Position numbers and translations under genes: made by a program. From Paracoccaceae bacterium (GTDB lineage: Bacteria > Pseudomonadota > Alphaproteobacteria > Rhodobacterales > Rhodobacteraceae), in the NCBI GenBank assembly GCA_007116575.1, contig SKIF01000069.1:1234-65233 (forward strand): DNA of 64,000 nt. Reading direction: 5' to 3'. The notes beneath the pieces were generated by a model that saw nothing but the letters and a program-made list of their open reading frames with translations, was not told the DNA's origin and searched no databases. Each line of letters begins with the position of its first letter. The first letter of the stretch is position 1. Positions 33,789 through 43,616 of the stretch are shown piece after piece.

Positions 33789-34739
33789 ATGACAGCCAGC
33801 GACAGCCCGGCACTGGTCGCCGATGTGGGCGGCACCAATACCCGCGTCGCGCTCACCCGCGGGCGGGGGCTGGTCGCGGGCACGACCGAACGTTTCCGCA
33901 ATGCCGAATATGGCGGACTGGCGCAGATACTCGCAGCCTATCTGGAACAGCAACGCACTGCACCCTCACGCGCGGCCATCGCCCTGGCGGGGCCGGTGCG
34001 CGGGGACCGTGCCGAGATGACCAATCTGGGCTGGGTGATCGAGGCGGGCGCACTGGCCGATTTTTGCGGGCTGCAAGAGGTCGCGCTGCTCAATGACCTG
34101 CAGGCGCAGGGCCATGCCCTGCCCGACCTGCCCGAAAGCCATCTGCGCCGCATCCGCGAGGGCAGCCCCGAGGGCGGAACGAAACTGGTGATCGGGCTGG
34201 GGACCGGGGTCAACGCGGCCCCGGTCTACCCGGTCAATGGCGGCCATCTGGTGCCCCCTGCCGAGGCCGGGCATATTCATCTGCCGCTGCACGAGGCGCT
34301 CGATTTCCGGCTTTCCGACTGGCTGATCGCGCGGCGCGGCTTCGCCTCGGTCGAGGATGTGCTGGCGGGCAGCGGGCTGGAACGGCTCTATGCCTTCCAT
34401 GCGTCCGAGGCAGGGGTATCGCAAGCGCAGGATGCCGCCGCGATCATGGCCGCGATGGAGGCAGGCGACGCGCTGGCGCAGCGCACGGGGCGGCATTATG
34501 TACGATTGCTGGCCCAGGTGAGCGCGGATCTGGCGCTGATCACCCTGCCGGGGGCGGGGATCTACTATATCGGTGGGGTGGCGCGCGCGATGGCACCCTG
34601 GTTCGAGCGCTTCGGGTTCGAGGCGGCCTTTACCGATATGGGCCGCTTCTCGGATCTGGTCGCGCGCTTTCCGGTGGCCGTGGTCGAGGATGATTATGCC
34701 GCGCTGACAGGCTGCGCGGCCTATCTTCACACGCATTGA
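33789..34739 (+). CDS. glk: glucokinase
   Basis: ADVGGTNTR, LLNDL, GLGTG, EAGH. Confidence 0.9.
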   Translation: MTASDSPALVADVGGTNTRVALTRGRGLVAGTTERFRNAEYGGLAQILAAYLEQQRTAPSRAAIALAGPVRGDRAEMTNLGWVIEAGALADFCGLQEVALLNDLQAQGHALPDLPESHLRRIREGSPEGGTKLVIGLGTGVNAAPVYPVNGGHLVPPAEAGHIHLPLHEALDFRLSDWLIARRGFASVEDVLAGSGLERLYAFHASEAGVSQAQDAAAIMAAMEAGDALAQRTGRHYVRLLAQVSADLALITLPGAGIYYIGGVARAMAPWFERFGFEAAFTDMGRFSDLVARFPVAVVEDDYAALTGCAAYLHTH

Positions 34740-34836
34740 AGCAATATCAGAAGGCGTTGACAGACTTTTTCGGCTCGGACTTGCGACCCAGAAGGCATCA
34801 AGATTTTTCGGCATCTCGCTGAGGTACCGAAAAGCT

Positions 34837-35445
34837 TTATCCCCGCAACGGCATCCGCTGGCCCAGCGCGTTGAGCGCAAAGCCCAGCGCCGCGAAACCC
34901 GCCACCAGCCCCAGCATGTTGATCGCAACCGGGCCAGGTCCGAGCGCGCCCAGATCGAGGAACGGATAGGGATACCACCCCGTCGCCAGCCCCCGCAGCA
35001 TCGCATAGACCGCATAGCCCGCAGGCCAGATCAGCCACCACAGCGGCTGCCCCCCGCGCGGCGGGTTGCGCGTGGTCTCCATCAGCCAGAACCAGAGCAT
35101 CAGCGCAGGCAGGATGGTGTGGAAAGCCTGATCGGTCCACCAGTTCAGCCCAGTGAAGTGATAGAGATGCGCCAGCATGATGTGATAGACCAGCGCGACC
35201 ACCACCATCGACATCGTCAGCATGGTCATCCAGCCGAAGGACAGCCGCTTTCCGCTGGCGGCAATGGTCAGGAAACTCGCGGCCATCAGCGTATTGGTCA
35301 GGATGGTGAAGTACCCCGCCAGCGCCCAAAGCGTGGCCCCCAGCCCCTGACCGTCGCGCGCAAGGTTGATCCCGACCTGTGCGATGAGCGCCAGCGCGCC
35401 GATCGCACCGATCAGCCCGGCCGTGATGCGGTATTTCTGGTCCAT
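34837..35445 (-). CDS. Pr6Pr (FAR-17a/AIG1-like) membrane protein
   Basis: [20 protein letters not shown]; about 6 TM. Confidence 0.82.
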   Translation of the reverse strand: MDQKYRITAGLIGAIGALALIAQVGINLARDGQGLGATLWALAGYFTILTNTLMAASFLTIAASGKRLSFGWMTMLTMSMVVVALVYHIMLAHLYHFTGLNWWTDQAFHTILPALMLWFWLMETTRNPPRGGQPLWWLIWPAGYAVYAMLRGLATGWYPYPFLDLGALGPGPVAINMLGLVAGFAALGFALNALGQRMPLRG

Positions 35446-35537
35446 GCGCCCCCCCGATTCGCGCTGCCAGCCTATGCGGACGCAGGCGTTGCGAAAATAC
35501 TTGCCGTTGCGGCAACAAGACGGCAAGTCTCGCGCGC

Positions 35538-36248
35538 ATGGAATGGCGCGATGAAGGCATATTGCTGGCCACATGGCCCCATGGCGAGACCAGCGCCGTG
35601 GCCGAGGTCTTCACCGCGCTGCACGGGCGGCATGGGGGCATGGTGCGCGGCGGGGCCTCGCGCCGCATGGCACCGCTGCTGCAACCGGGTGCGCAGCTTG
35701 ACCTGCACTGGCGCGCGCGGTTGGAAGAGCATATGGGCAGCTTCACGGTCGAGCCTCTGCGCGCACGCGCGGGGACGATCCTCTCCGACCGGCTGGCGCT
35801 GCTGGCGCTGGGATCGGTCTGCGCGCTCTGCCGCTATGCGCTGCCCGAGCGGCTGGCCTATCCCGGCCTCTATGCAGCGACCTGCGAGGTGCTGGACAGG
35901 CTGGGTCAGCCTGGCTGGCTGCGCGCCTATGCGCTATGGGAGTTGCATCTGCTCGAAGAAACCGGCTTCGGGCTGGACCTTGGCCAATGCGCCGTGACCG
36001 GCGCGCAGGCGGGGTTGGCCTATGTCAGCCCGCGCACGGGGCGCGCCGTGACCCGTGCGGCGGCGGGGGACTATGCGCCCCGCTTGCTGCCGCTGCCCGA
36101 GGGGCTGGCCCCGGGCGGGGCACTGGATGCGCAAGGGCTGGCGCAGGCGCTGCATCTGAGTGGCTATTTCCTGCATCACTGGCTGGCCGAAGCCATCGGT
36201 CGACCACTTCCAGAGGCGCGCACAAGGCTGCTGGCGGCGCTGGAGTGA
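35538..36248 (+). CDS. recO: DNA repair protein RecO
   Basis: [38 protein letters not shown]. Confidence 0.95.
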   Translation: MEWRDEGILLATWPHGETSAVAEVFTALHGRHGGMVRGGASRRMAPLLQPGAQLDLHWRARLEEHMGSFTVEPLRARAGTILSDRLALLALGSVCALCRYALPERLAYPGLYAATCEVLDRLGQPGWLRAYALWELHLLEETGFGLDLGQCAVTGAQAGLAYVSPRTGRAVTRAAAGDYAPRLLPLPEGLAPGGALDAQGLAQALHLSGYFLHHWLAEAIGRPLPEARTRLLAALE

Positions 36249-36447
36249 GCGAAGGCAGGGTGGCTCCTTGGCCTTTGCTGGAGCTGCCACCACTGTTTGG
36301 AGGCCGGCAAGGTCAAGGCACGCTCTCATACGAGATCCGCTAAATCCATTCGGTCAGGCGCAGGGCGTGCAGACGCATCGCGGAAAACCCGCAAAGCGCC
36401 CTCGGGTCATGGGAGGGTGGCAACTGTCTTGTCGTTTCGCCTTTATC

Positions 36448-36755
36448 TCATGTCGGCGCCTCATAATAGGTGTTGGCGCGCATCATTGCGTTGAGGCGAC
36501 ACAGGAGGCGTCGCGCCATGGCGCAGATGACGGCCTTGGGGGCCTTGCCGCGGGCGAGCTGAGCCTCGACCCACGGACGGTCAACCCGCTTGTGGCTATA
36601 GTTGACCAGCGCCGCCTGATAGAGCGCGCGGCGCACCTGACGTCGCCCGCCACCGAACGAGGCGTGTTCTTGACCTGATACTCACGACCTTGCGCCGGGT
36701 CGCACACATCCAGCCAGTCCTTTGAAAGATCGACCCCGATATAGTCTTGTGTCAT
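36448..36755 (-). pseudogene. IS110 recombinase remnant (N- and C-termini fused out of frame)
   Basis: MTQDYIGVDLSKDWLDV joined near 36651-36656 to GGGRRQVRRALYQAAL...GKAPKAVICAMARRLL...LNAM. Confidence 0.9.
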
Positions 36756-36761
36756 GCTCCA

Positions 36762-36957
36762 CCTGTCCATGTCATACGGACTCAGGCCCCAACGGGACTG
36801 GGCTCCGCCCGTTCGTCGCTGAAATCGTGCCACTGGCACGATTTCCGGGCGCTCCTCACCCCAAAGCAACTGTTCAGGCTCCTTGGGCATGAAGTCGGCA
36901 GCGCCCCAAACCACCCGACGGGCTTCAAGCCCAGGGTGGGAGCGGGGTCGCTGCCGA
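36762..36957 (-). ncRNA. putative IS110 bridge RNA (target-binding and donor-binding loops)
   Basis: Two stem/internal-loop/hairpin modules whose loop sequences match the reconstructed target and donor. Confidence 0.75.
36787..36864. repeat. 72-bp palindromic insertion bounded by CCCCAA direct repeats
   Basis: GAAATCGTGCCA-C-TGGCACGATTTC palindrome at 36821-36845; CCCCAA at 36787 and 36859. Confidence 0.75.
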
Positions 36958-37130
36958 TACCAGTATGGCATAGAAACAAGAGACAGGGTGGGCACGGTCC
37001 GAGGGCGCTTTGTGGGTGCAGAGGGGGCATTCAGACGGTTGACCTATGCCTTCGCCGCGCCGGGGTGTTGTCCCGCAGCCTTCGTCGTGCAGGCGCGGAC
37101 CGATACACGCTCGCGACCTCACCCCCCGGC

Positions 37131-37808
37131 TTATCGCATCGCCCGCCGCCAGCCAGCGGCCTGCGCGGCCTCTTCCGAGCAGAACCAGCGTGCGCCGGGG
37201 CGAGCCATGCTCACGCGGTCATAGTCGCGCTGGCCCGGCATGTGATAGATCCGGCCATTGGCCGAAACATTGCCCTTGATGTTGCAGGTGTTTTCGGCCT
37301 GCGCCTGCCGCGGCTCGCTACGCGGTACGCAGAACCCGGCCAGCGGGTTCAGCGGGCCGCCGAAAATCCCGGCGCGGGCCTCGATCGCGCGCGCCTCTGC
37401 GGCCAGATAGGCCGCCTCCTGACCCTGTTCGCGCGCGAAGCGGTGGCAGGTGCGCGCGGCCCCGGCCTCGATCAGCCGGATCGCGACATCCTGCCCGTCC
37501 AGATAACAGCGCCCAACCACGCGCCGATGCGAGCGTGCGCCCAGATCGACACAGCGCAGCCGCTGGCCGTCCAGCATGGCGCGCGCCTGGTCCGTGGCCC
37601 ATTGTCCACAGGGCCAGGACCGCCCGTCACCGCGCTGGCAGCGTTCCGACATCTCGGGCGCATCAATCCCGCCCAACCGGATGCGCTGGCCCGCCACATC
37701 GATCGTATCGGCATCGACAACCCGTGGCAGTCCCGAGATCTCGGGCTGCCCGGCCCAGAGCGGCAGAGCCAGAAAAATAGCAACAAAGAATGAACAGAGT
37801 CTGAACAT
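37131..37808 (-). CDS. secreted thermonuclease (SNase)-family protein with ExoI-like C-terminal domain
   Basis: VVDADTI, IRLGGIDAPE, CNIKGNVS..RIYHMPGQ..WFCSEEAAQAAGWR. Confidence 0.88.
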   Translation of the reverse strand: MFRLCSFFVAIFLALPLWAGQPEISGLPRVVDADTIDVAGQRIRLGGIDAPEMSERCQRGDGRSWPCGQWATDQARAMLDGQRLRCVDLGARSHRRVVGRCYLDGQDVAIRLIEAGAARTCHRFAREQGQEAAYLAAEARAIEARAGIFGGPLNPLAGFCVPRSEPRQAQAENTCNIKGNVSANGRIYHMPGQRDYDRVSMARPGARWFCSEEAAQAAGWRRAMR

Positions 37809-37851
37809 GACCGGAAAATGCAGGTCTCGCCCGCTTCCGGTCAAGGCATTT

Positions 37852-37878
37852 GTTAACCTTTCGTTAATAAAGGTTAAC
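37852..37878 (-). promoter_or_regulatory. CtrA binding site upstream of the nuclease gene
   Basis: Minus strand TTAA-CGAAAGG-TTAAC plus an extra TTAAC half-site. Confidence 0.8.
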
Positions 37879-37895
37879 GCTGTCTCCGATCCGCC

Positions 37896-39539
37896 TCAGC
37901 GTTGCGCCACGCGCCAGTCGGGATGGACCCAGGGCGCCAGATTCTCGGGGGCCAGCCGCCGATCAAGGATGTGATCGGCAATCTTCTCGCCCGCCATGAT
38001 CGAGGGCGCGTTGAGATTGCCATTGGTGATGCGCGGAAAGATCGAACTGTCCGCCACCCGCAGCCCCTCGACACCGATCACGCGGCCTTCCGGGTCCACC
38101 ACGGCCAGCGGGTCGTCGCGCTTCCCCATCCGGGCCGTACCGCAAGGATGATAGGCGCTCTCGACATGCTCGCGGATGAAGGCATCGAGCGCGTTGTCCG
38201 ACTGCGCTTCGGCGCCCGGCTGGATCTCGTGGCGCAGATAGGGGGTGAAGGCGGGCTGGGCCATGATCTCGCGCGTCAGCCGGATGCAGGTGCGAAACTC
38301 CGCCCAGTCCTGCGGCACGCTCATGTAATTGAAGCGGATGCGGGGGGGATCTGCCGGGTCGGCGCTGCGCAGCGTCACCGCACCGCGGCTTTGCGACCGC
38401 ATCGGCCCGACATGGACCTGGAAGCCGTGGCCTTCGGCCACGGCTTGCCCGTCATAGCGCACGGCGATGGGCAGGAAATGGTACTGGATGTCGGGATAGT
38501 CGATCCCGGCCCCCGAGCGGATGAAGCCGCAGGCCTCGAACTGGTTCGAGGCACCCGGCCCGCGCCGCGCAAACAGCCATTGCGCCCCGACCCAGGCCTT
38601 GCCGAGGAGGTTCCAGTAGCGATAGAGCGTGATCGGCTGGCGCGCGGCGTATTGCAGATAGATCTCAAGATGGTCCTGCAGGTTCTGCCCGACCCCGGGC
38701 CGGTCGGCACGCATAGCGATGCCATGTTCGGCCAGATGCGGGGCGGGGCCGATACCCGACAGCATCAACAGCTTGGGCGTATTGATCGAAGAGGCCGCGA
38801 GCACGACCTCATGGCGCGCGCGCAGCGCGCCACCCCCGAGCAGGGCCACACCTGTTGCGCGATTGTCGTCGTCAAACAGAATGCGCGCCACTTCACCCCG
38901 CACCAGCCGGACACGGCCTGTCGCAAGCGCCGGGCGCAGATAGGCCCGTGCCGCCGACCAGCGCTGGCCGTCCCGGATCGTGGCCTCCATCGCACCGAAG
39001 CCTTCCTGCTGCGCACCATTGTAATCCCCGGTCACCGGGTAGCCTGCCTGCTGCCCGGCCTCGATAAAGGCATCGAATAGCGGATTGGTGCGGGTGCCAC
39101 GGCTGACATGCAGCGGACCGTCAGTGCCGCGCCATTCCGAACCCTCCCCGCCGTGCCAGTCTTCCATCCGTTTGAAATAGGGCAGCACATCGGCAAAGCC
39201 CCAGCCGGTCGCGCCCGCCTCGGCCCAATGGTCGAAATCGCGCGCATGACCGCGCACATAGACCATGCCGTTGATGCTGCTCGATCCGCCAATTACCCGC
39301 CCGCGCGGGCAGGCCAGCACGCGCCCACCCAGATGCGGCTCGGGCTCGGTCTGAAAACCCCAGTCATAGCGGCGCATGTTCATCGGGTAGGAGAGCGCGC
39401 CAGGCATCTGGATGAAGGGGCCGAAATCGGACCCACCGGCCTCGACCACCAGCACCGAATGCCCGGCCTCGGCCAACCGATAGGCCACCGCGCAGCCACC
39501 TGATCCTGCGCCGACAATAATGTAATCCGCTTCCGTCAT
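37896..39539 (-). CDS. betA: choline dehydrogenase
   Basis: GMC motifs [24 protein letters not shown]; bet context. Confidence 0.95.
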   Translation of the reverse strand: MTEADYIIVGAGSGGCAVAYRLAEAGHSVLVVEAGGSDFGPFIQMPGALSYPMNMRRYDWGFQTEPEPHLGGRVLACPRGRVIGGSSSINGMVYVRGHARDFDHWAEAGATGWGFADVLPYFKRMEDWHGGEGSEWRGTDGPLHVSRGTRTNPLFDAFIEAGQQAGYPVTGDYNGAQQEGFGAMEATIRDGQRWSAARAYLRPALATGRVRLVRGEVARILFDDDNRATGVALLGGGALRARHEVVLAASSINTPKLLMLSGIGPAPHLAEHGIAMRADRPGVGQNLQDHLEIYLQYAARQPITLYRYWNLLGKAWVGAQWLFARRGPGASNQFEACGFIRSGAGIDYPDIQYHFLPIAVRYDGQAVAEGHGFQVHVGPMRSQSRGAVTLRSADPADPPRIRFNYMSVPQDWAEFRTCIRLTREIMAQPAFTPYLRHEIQPGAEAQSDNALDAFIREHVESAYHPCGTARMGKRDDPLAVVDPEGRVIGVEGLRVADSSIFPRITNGNLNAPSIMAGEKIADHILDRRLAPENLAPWVHPDWRVAQR

Positions 39540-39654
39540 CTTCCGACCGTTTCCCTTGAGCAGACAGGCGGGCCGTCAGGCCCGCCAAATGCATCTCTTC
39601 GCGCCCCGCAGGGGGCGTGTCCGCAGGATCAGACCTCGCAGCCCGAGCCTGCGC

Positions 39655-41106
39655 TCAGAAGGGCGCGTCCACATCGCCGAGCCCCAGATAGACCGACTTG
39701 ACCCGCGTATAATGCTCGAGCGCCGCATGGCCGTTCTCGCGCCCCACGCCCGAGGCCTTCACCCCGCCGAAGGGCATCTCCACCGGGGTCAGGTTATAGG
39801 CGTTGATCCAGCAGGTGCCCGCCTCCAACGCTGCCACCACCCGATGCGCACGCGCCAGATCGCGGGTGAACACGCCTGCGGCCAGCCCGTATTCGGTGGC
39901 ATTGGCCCGCGCGATCACCTCTGCCTCACTCTCGAAATCGAGCACCGCCATGACCGGGCCGAAGATCTCCTCGCGCGCAATGACCATGTCATCGCGCACA
40001 TCGGCAAAGACCGTGGGCACCACGAACGCACCCGTCTCGCCATGCCGCGCCCCGCCGCAGACCAGCCGCGCGCCCTCTGCCACGCCTTGGTCCACATAGC
40101 CAAGCACCCGATCCATCTGCGCCTGCGACACCAGCGGCCCCATCTGCGTGGTCTCGGTCAACGGGTCGCCCAGCACAATCCGCCCCGTGCGCGCCGCAAG
40201 CTGCTCCAGAAACGTCTCCTTGACATCGCGATGCACAAAGACCCGCGTCCCGTTCGAGCAGATCTGGCCAGCCGAATAGAAATTCGCCAGCATCGCGGCA
40301 CCCACGGCATTGTCGAGATCCGCGTCATCAAAGATGATCAGCGGCGACTTGCCGCCCAGTTCCATCGTGACCGCCTTGATCCCTTCGCCTGCCATCGCAT
40401 AGACCTTGCGCCCGGTGGGCACCGAGCCGGTCAGCGAGACTTTCGCCACGCGCGGGTCCGAGACCAAAGCGGTGCCGCAGGCACCACCCCCCTGAATCAC
40501 ATTGAACAGCCCCGCGGGAAGTCCGGCCTCGACCAGAATCTCGGCCAGCGCGAGCGCGGAAAGCGGCGTCACCTCCGAGGGTTTGAACACCATTGCATTG
40601 CCAAAAGCGAGCGCGGGCGCGGCTTTCCAGCAGGCAATCTGGATCGGGTAGTTCCATGCGCCGATGCCCGCACAGACCCCCAGCGGCTCGCGCAGCGTAT
40701 AGGCCATGTCACGACCCAGCGGGATGGTTTGGCCGGTGACGGTCGGTGCGAACCCCGCGAAATATTCCAGTGCATCCGCGCCCGAGGCCGCATCGGCGAC
40801 GAGCGTTTCCTGCAGCGGCTTGCCGGTGTCGAGCGTCTCGAGCACGGAGAGATCGCGATTGCGCGCACGCAAAAGCTCTGCAGCGCGGCGCAGGATGCGC
40901 CCGCGTTCGACCGGTGGACAGGCAGCCCAGTCTTTTTGTGCGCCATGCGCGGCCTCGAGCGCGCGGTTGATGACGGCGGGTGTGGCCTCGTGCAGACGCG
41001 CGATCACCTCGCCGGTCGCCGGGTGGACGGACTCGAAGACCGCGCCGTCGCGATCCTCCACCCAAGTTCCGCCGATGAAATGGCTCGCCTCTGGCTGTGC
41101 TCTCAT
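39655..41106 (-). CDS. betB: betaine aldehyde dehydrogenase
   Basis: [22 protein letters not shown]. Confidence 0.95.
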   Translation of the reverse strand: MRAQPEASHFIGGTWVEDRDGAVFESVHPATGEVIARLHEATPAVINRALEAAHGAQKDWAACPPVERGRILRRAAELLRARNRDLSVLETLDTGKPLQETLVADAASGADALEYFAGFAPTVTGQTIPLGRDMAYTLREPLGVCAGIGAWNYPIQIACWKAAPALAFGNAMVFKPSEVTPLSALALAEILVEAGLPAGLFNVIQGGGACGTALVSDPRVAKVSLTGSVPTGRKVYAMAGEGIKAVTMELGGKSPLIIFDDADLDNAVGAAMLANFYSAGQICSNGTRVFVHRDVKETFLEQLAARTGRIVLGDPLTETTQMGPLVSQAQMDRVLGYVDQGVAEGARLVCGGARHGETGAFVVPTVFADVRDDMVIAREEIFGPVMAVLDFESEAEVIARANATEYGLAAGVFTRDLARAHRVVAALEAGTCWINAYNLTPVEMPFGGVKASGVGRENGHAALEHYTRVKSVYLGLGDVDAPF

Positions 41107-41687
41107 GTCTCTACCCCGGTCATTGCGGCCTCTACCCAGGCCTGCACCTGTGCCACGGCGCGCGCGCCATCGGGCTGGCCACTTCCCAGCGCCTCGCGCA
41201 GGTAGCAGCCATCGATCATCGCCGCCACGGCCTCGGCCATCTGCGGCGCGCGCGCCCCCGCAAGCGGCCGCATGGCATGGCGCAGATTGGCGCGCATCCG
41301 CGCCTGATAAACCCTGAGCAATCGCGCTGCCGCGTCATGATGCTGCGCCATGACGTAGAAGTTCAGCCAGGCGGCCACCACTTCGCGCCGGAAATTGCTG
41401 CCACTGAACGAGACCCGCACAATCGCCTCGACCCGCGCCTTGGGACCATCACTGGCCTGTAGCGCTGCGCGAATCTCGCTGCCATAAACCGCGAGCAGAT
41501 GGCGCATCGCTGCCAGCAGCATGGCATCCTTTGAGCCGAAATAGTGATGCGCCAGACCCGAGGACATGCCTGCGCGCTTCGCGATCCGGCCCACGGTAAC
41601 ATCGAGCGAGCCCTGCGCGCCGATCTCTGCAATTGCCGCCTTGATCAATGCGTCGCGCCTGATAGGCTCCATTCCCAGCTTAGGCAT
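41103..41687 (-). CDS. betI: choline-responsive TetR repressor
   Basis: [23 protein letters not shown]. Confidence 0.95.
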   Translation of the reverse strand: MPKLGMEPIRRDALIKAAIAEIGAQGSLDVTVGRIAKRAGMSSGLAHHYFGSKDAMLLAAMRHLLAVYGSEIRAALQASDGPKARVEAIVRVSFSGSNFRREVVAAWLNFYVMAQHHDAAARLLRVYQARMRANLRHAMRPLAGARAPQMAEAVAAMIDGCYLREALGSGQPDGARAVAQVQAWVEAAMTGVET

Positions 41688-41742
41688 GATCTTTCCTGCG
41701 TGCCTGTCTCAGATAAGTCTTGCAGGAGGACTAGCCGATTGT

Positions 41743-41761
41743 TTATTGACTGGTCAATCAA
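41743..41761. promoter_or_regulatory. BetI operator
   Basis: Palindrome ATTGAC-TG-GTCAAT between divergent betI and choX. Confidence 0.8.
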
Positions 41762-41786
41762 GAAAAGCCAACCGGGAGAAACCATC

Positions 41787-42701
41787 ATGCGCTTGCCCAT
41801 CCTCGCTGCCGCCTCGCTGGCCGCCGCCCCTGCCCTTGCCGACTGCCCCTCGGTCACCTTCTCCGATGTCGGCTGGACCGACATCACGGCCACGACCGCC
41901 GTGGCAACGACGATCCTCGAGGCTCTGGGTTACGAGACGAATACCCTCGTGCTGTCAGTGCCTGTGACCTATACTTCGATGGCCAATGGCGATGTTGATA
42001 TCTTCCTTGGCAACTGGATGCCCACGATGGAGGCCGATATCGCCCCCTATCGTGACGCAGGCACGGTCGACACGGTCCGCCGCAACCTCGCGGGCGCGAA
42101 ATACACGCTGGCGACCAATGCCGCCGGGGCCGCGCTGGGGATCACCGATTTCGCCGCCATCGCCACGCAAGCCGAAGCACTGGGAAGCCGCATCTATGGC
42201 ATTGAGCCCGGCAATGACGGCAATCGCCTGATTCTTGACATGATCGAGGACGACGCTTTCGGGTTGAGCGGGTTCGAGGTGGTGGAAAGCTCGGAACAGG
42301 GGATGCTGGCGCAGGTCGCACGCGCGGATCGGCGCGATGAACCGGTCGTGTTCCTTGGCTGGGAACCGCACCCGATGAATGCCAATTTCGACATGACCTA
42401 TCTGGAAGGCGGCGATGATTGGTTCGGCCCTGATCTGGGCGGGGCCGAGGTCTATACCAATACCCGCGCCGGTCTGGTCGAGGAATGCCCCAATCTGGGT
42501 GCGTTTCTGAACAATCTCGAATTCACGCTGGAGATGGAAAACGAGATCATGGCCGCGATCCTCGATGACGGGATGGAGCCTGGCATGGCCGCACATGGCT
42601 GGCTGTCGGAAAACCGCGATGCGATCGCGCCATGGCTGGCGGGTGTCTCCACCCTGGACGGGGCCGAGGCGTTGGACGCGGTTCTCGCAGCGCTGGATTG
42701 A
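41787..42701 (+). CDS. choX: choline ABC substrate-binding protein
   Basis: DVGWTDI, GNWMP, GIEPGNDGN, WEPHPMN. Confidence 0.93.
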   Translation: MRLPILAAASLAAAPALADCPSVTFSDVGWTDITATTAVATTILEALGYETNTLVLSVPVTYTSMANGDVDIFLGNWMPTMEADIAPYRDAGTVDTVRRNLAGAKYTLATNAAGAALGITDFAAIATQAEALGSRIYGIEPGNDGNRLILDMIEDDAFGLSGFEVVESSEQGMLAQVARADRRDEPVVFLGWEPHPMNANFDMTYLEGGDDWFGPDLGGAEVYTNTRAGLVEECPNLGAFLNNLEFTLEMENEIMAAILDDGMEPGMAAHGWLSENRDAIAPWLAGVSTLDGAEALDAVLAALD

Positions 42702-42764
42702 TCTGGCTACGCGGCGGAGGGACGCGCGCGGCGCGCGTCCCCTCGCCCGAACGGAGCATAATCT

Positions 42765-43616
42765 GTGTCTGACCCGCTGACCCAACCCATTCTCGATGCC
42801 AAAATCCCGGTCGGGCAATCGGTCGCCGCTGCCTTCGACTGGGTGCAGGATACGTTCGTCAGAGCCTTTGACGGGCTCGAGGCGGGCCTGCGCGCCATCA
42901 TAGAGCTATTGTCGAATGCGCTGCAAACGCCGCATCCGTTCATTGTCATCGCCGGTTTTGCCGCGCTGACATGGTTGCTGCAGCGACGGCTCGGACCTGT
43001 GCTGATCGTCACCGCCTGCGCGCTCTTTGCGCTCAATCAGGGGTATTGGGTGTTGACCATGCAGACACTGACGCTGGTGCTCGGCTCTTGCGTGGTCTGC
43101 ATGGGCGTGGGGGTGCCGCTGGGCATCTATTCGGCGCATCATCCGCGCTTCTACCGGGCGCTGACGCCGCTTCTGGACCTGATGCAGACGCTGCCGACCT
43201 TTGTCTATCTGATCCCGGTGCTGGTGCTCTTCGGCCTTGGTATGGTGCCGGGGCTGGTGGCGACCGTGATCTTTGCCATGCCCGCAGCGATCCGGCTTAC
43301 CGAACTCGGTATCCGCTCGACCCCGACCGCGCTGCGCGAGGCCGCAACCGCCTTTGGTGCCACCACATCGCAGCGTATCCTGAAAGTCGAACTTCCTTAC
43401 GCCTTTCCGCAGATCATGACAGGGCTGAACCAGACTATCATGCTGTCGCTCTCGATGGTGGTGATCGCCGGGCTGGTCGGTGCACCGGGGCTGGGCGTGC
43501 CGGTAGTGCGGGCGCTGAACACGGTGAATGCCAGCCTCGGTTTCGAGGCGGGCGCAGTAATCGTGGCAGTGGCGATCATGCTGGACCGGATGCTGCGAGT
43601 GGAGCGCGCGCAATGA
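42765..43616 (+). CDS. choW: choline ABC permease
   Basis: LDLMQTLPTFVYLIP, GLNQTIMLSLSMVV. Confidence 0.92.
   Translation: MSDPLTQPILDAKIPVGQSVAAAFDWVQDTFVRAFDGLEAGLRAIIELLSNALQTPHPFIVIAGFAALTWLLQRRLGPVLIVTACALFALNQGYWVLTMQTLTLVLGSCVVCMGVGVPLGIYSAHHPRFYRALTPLLDLMQTLPTFVYLIPVLVLFGLGMVPGLVATVIFAMPAAIRLTELGIRSTPTALREAATAFGATTSQRILKVELPYAFPQIMTGLNQTIMLSLSMVVIAGLVGAPGLGVPVVRALNTVNASLGFEAGAVIVAVAIMLDRMLRVERAQ

Larger units (their letters stand above)
36419..36987 (-). mobile_element. non-autonomous, internally deleted IS110-family (IS621-like) element with duplicated CC core
   Basis: IS110 recombinase fragments; ends ACAGTTG|CC and CC|TGTCT; long structured 5' non-coding end; sits in a palindrome loop. 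Confidence 0.87.
36388..37016. repeat. REP-like palindrome split by the IS (arms 36388-36405 and 36999-37016)
   Basis: CCCGCAAAGCGCCCTCGG and CCGAGGGCGCTTTGTGGG are 18-bp inverted arms (one G-T pair) flanking the element. Confidence 0.85.

Noticed and set aside
36414-36991. AGGGTGG at both IS junctions read as a 7-bp target-site duplication
   Set aside because: Better explained by a 2-bp core inside an internally repetitive target (GGGTGGGTGGG), supported by the guide matches and the related palindrome at 51415
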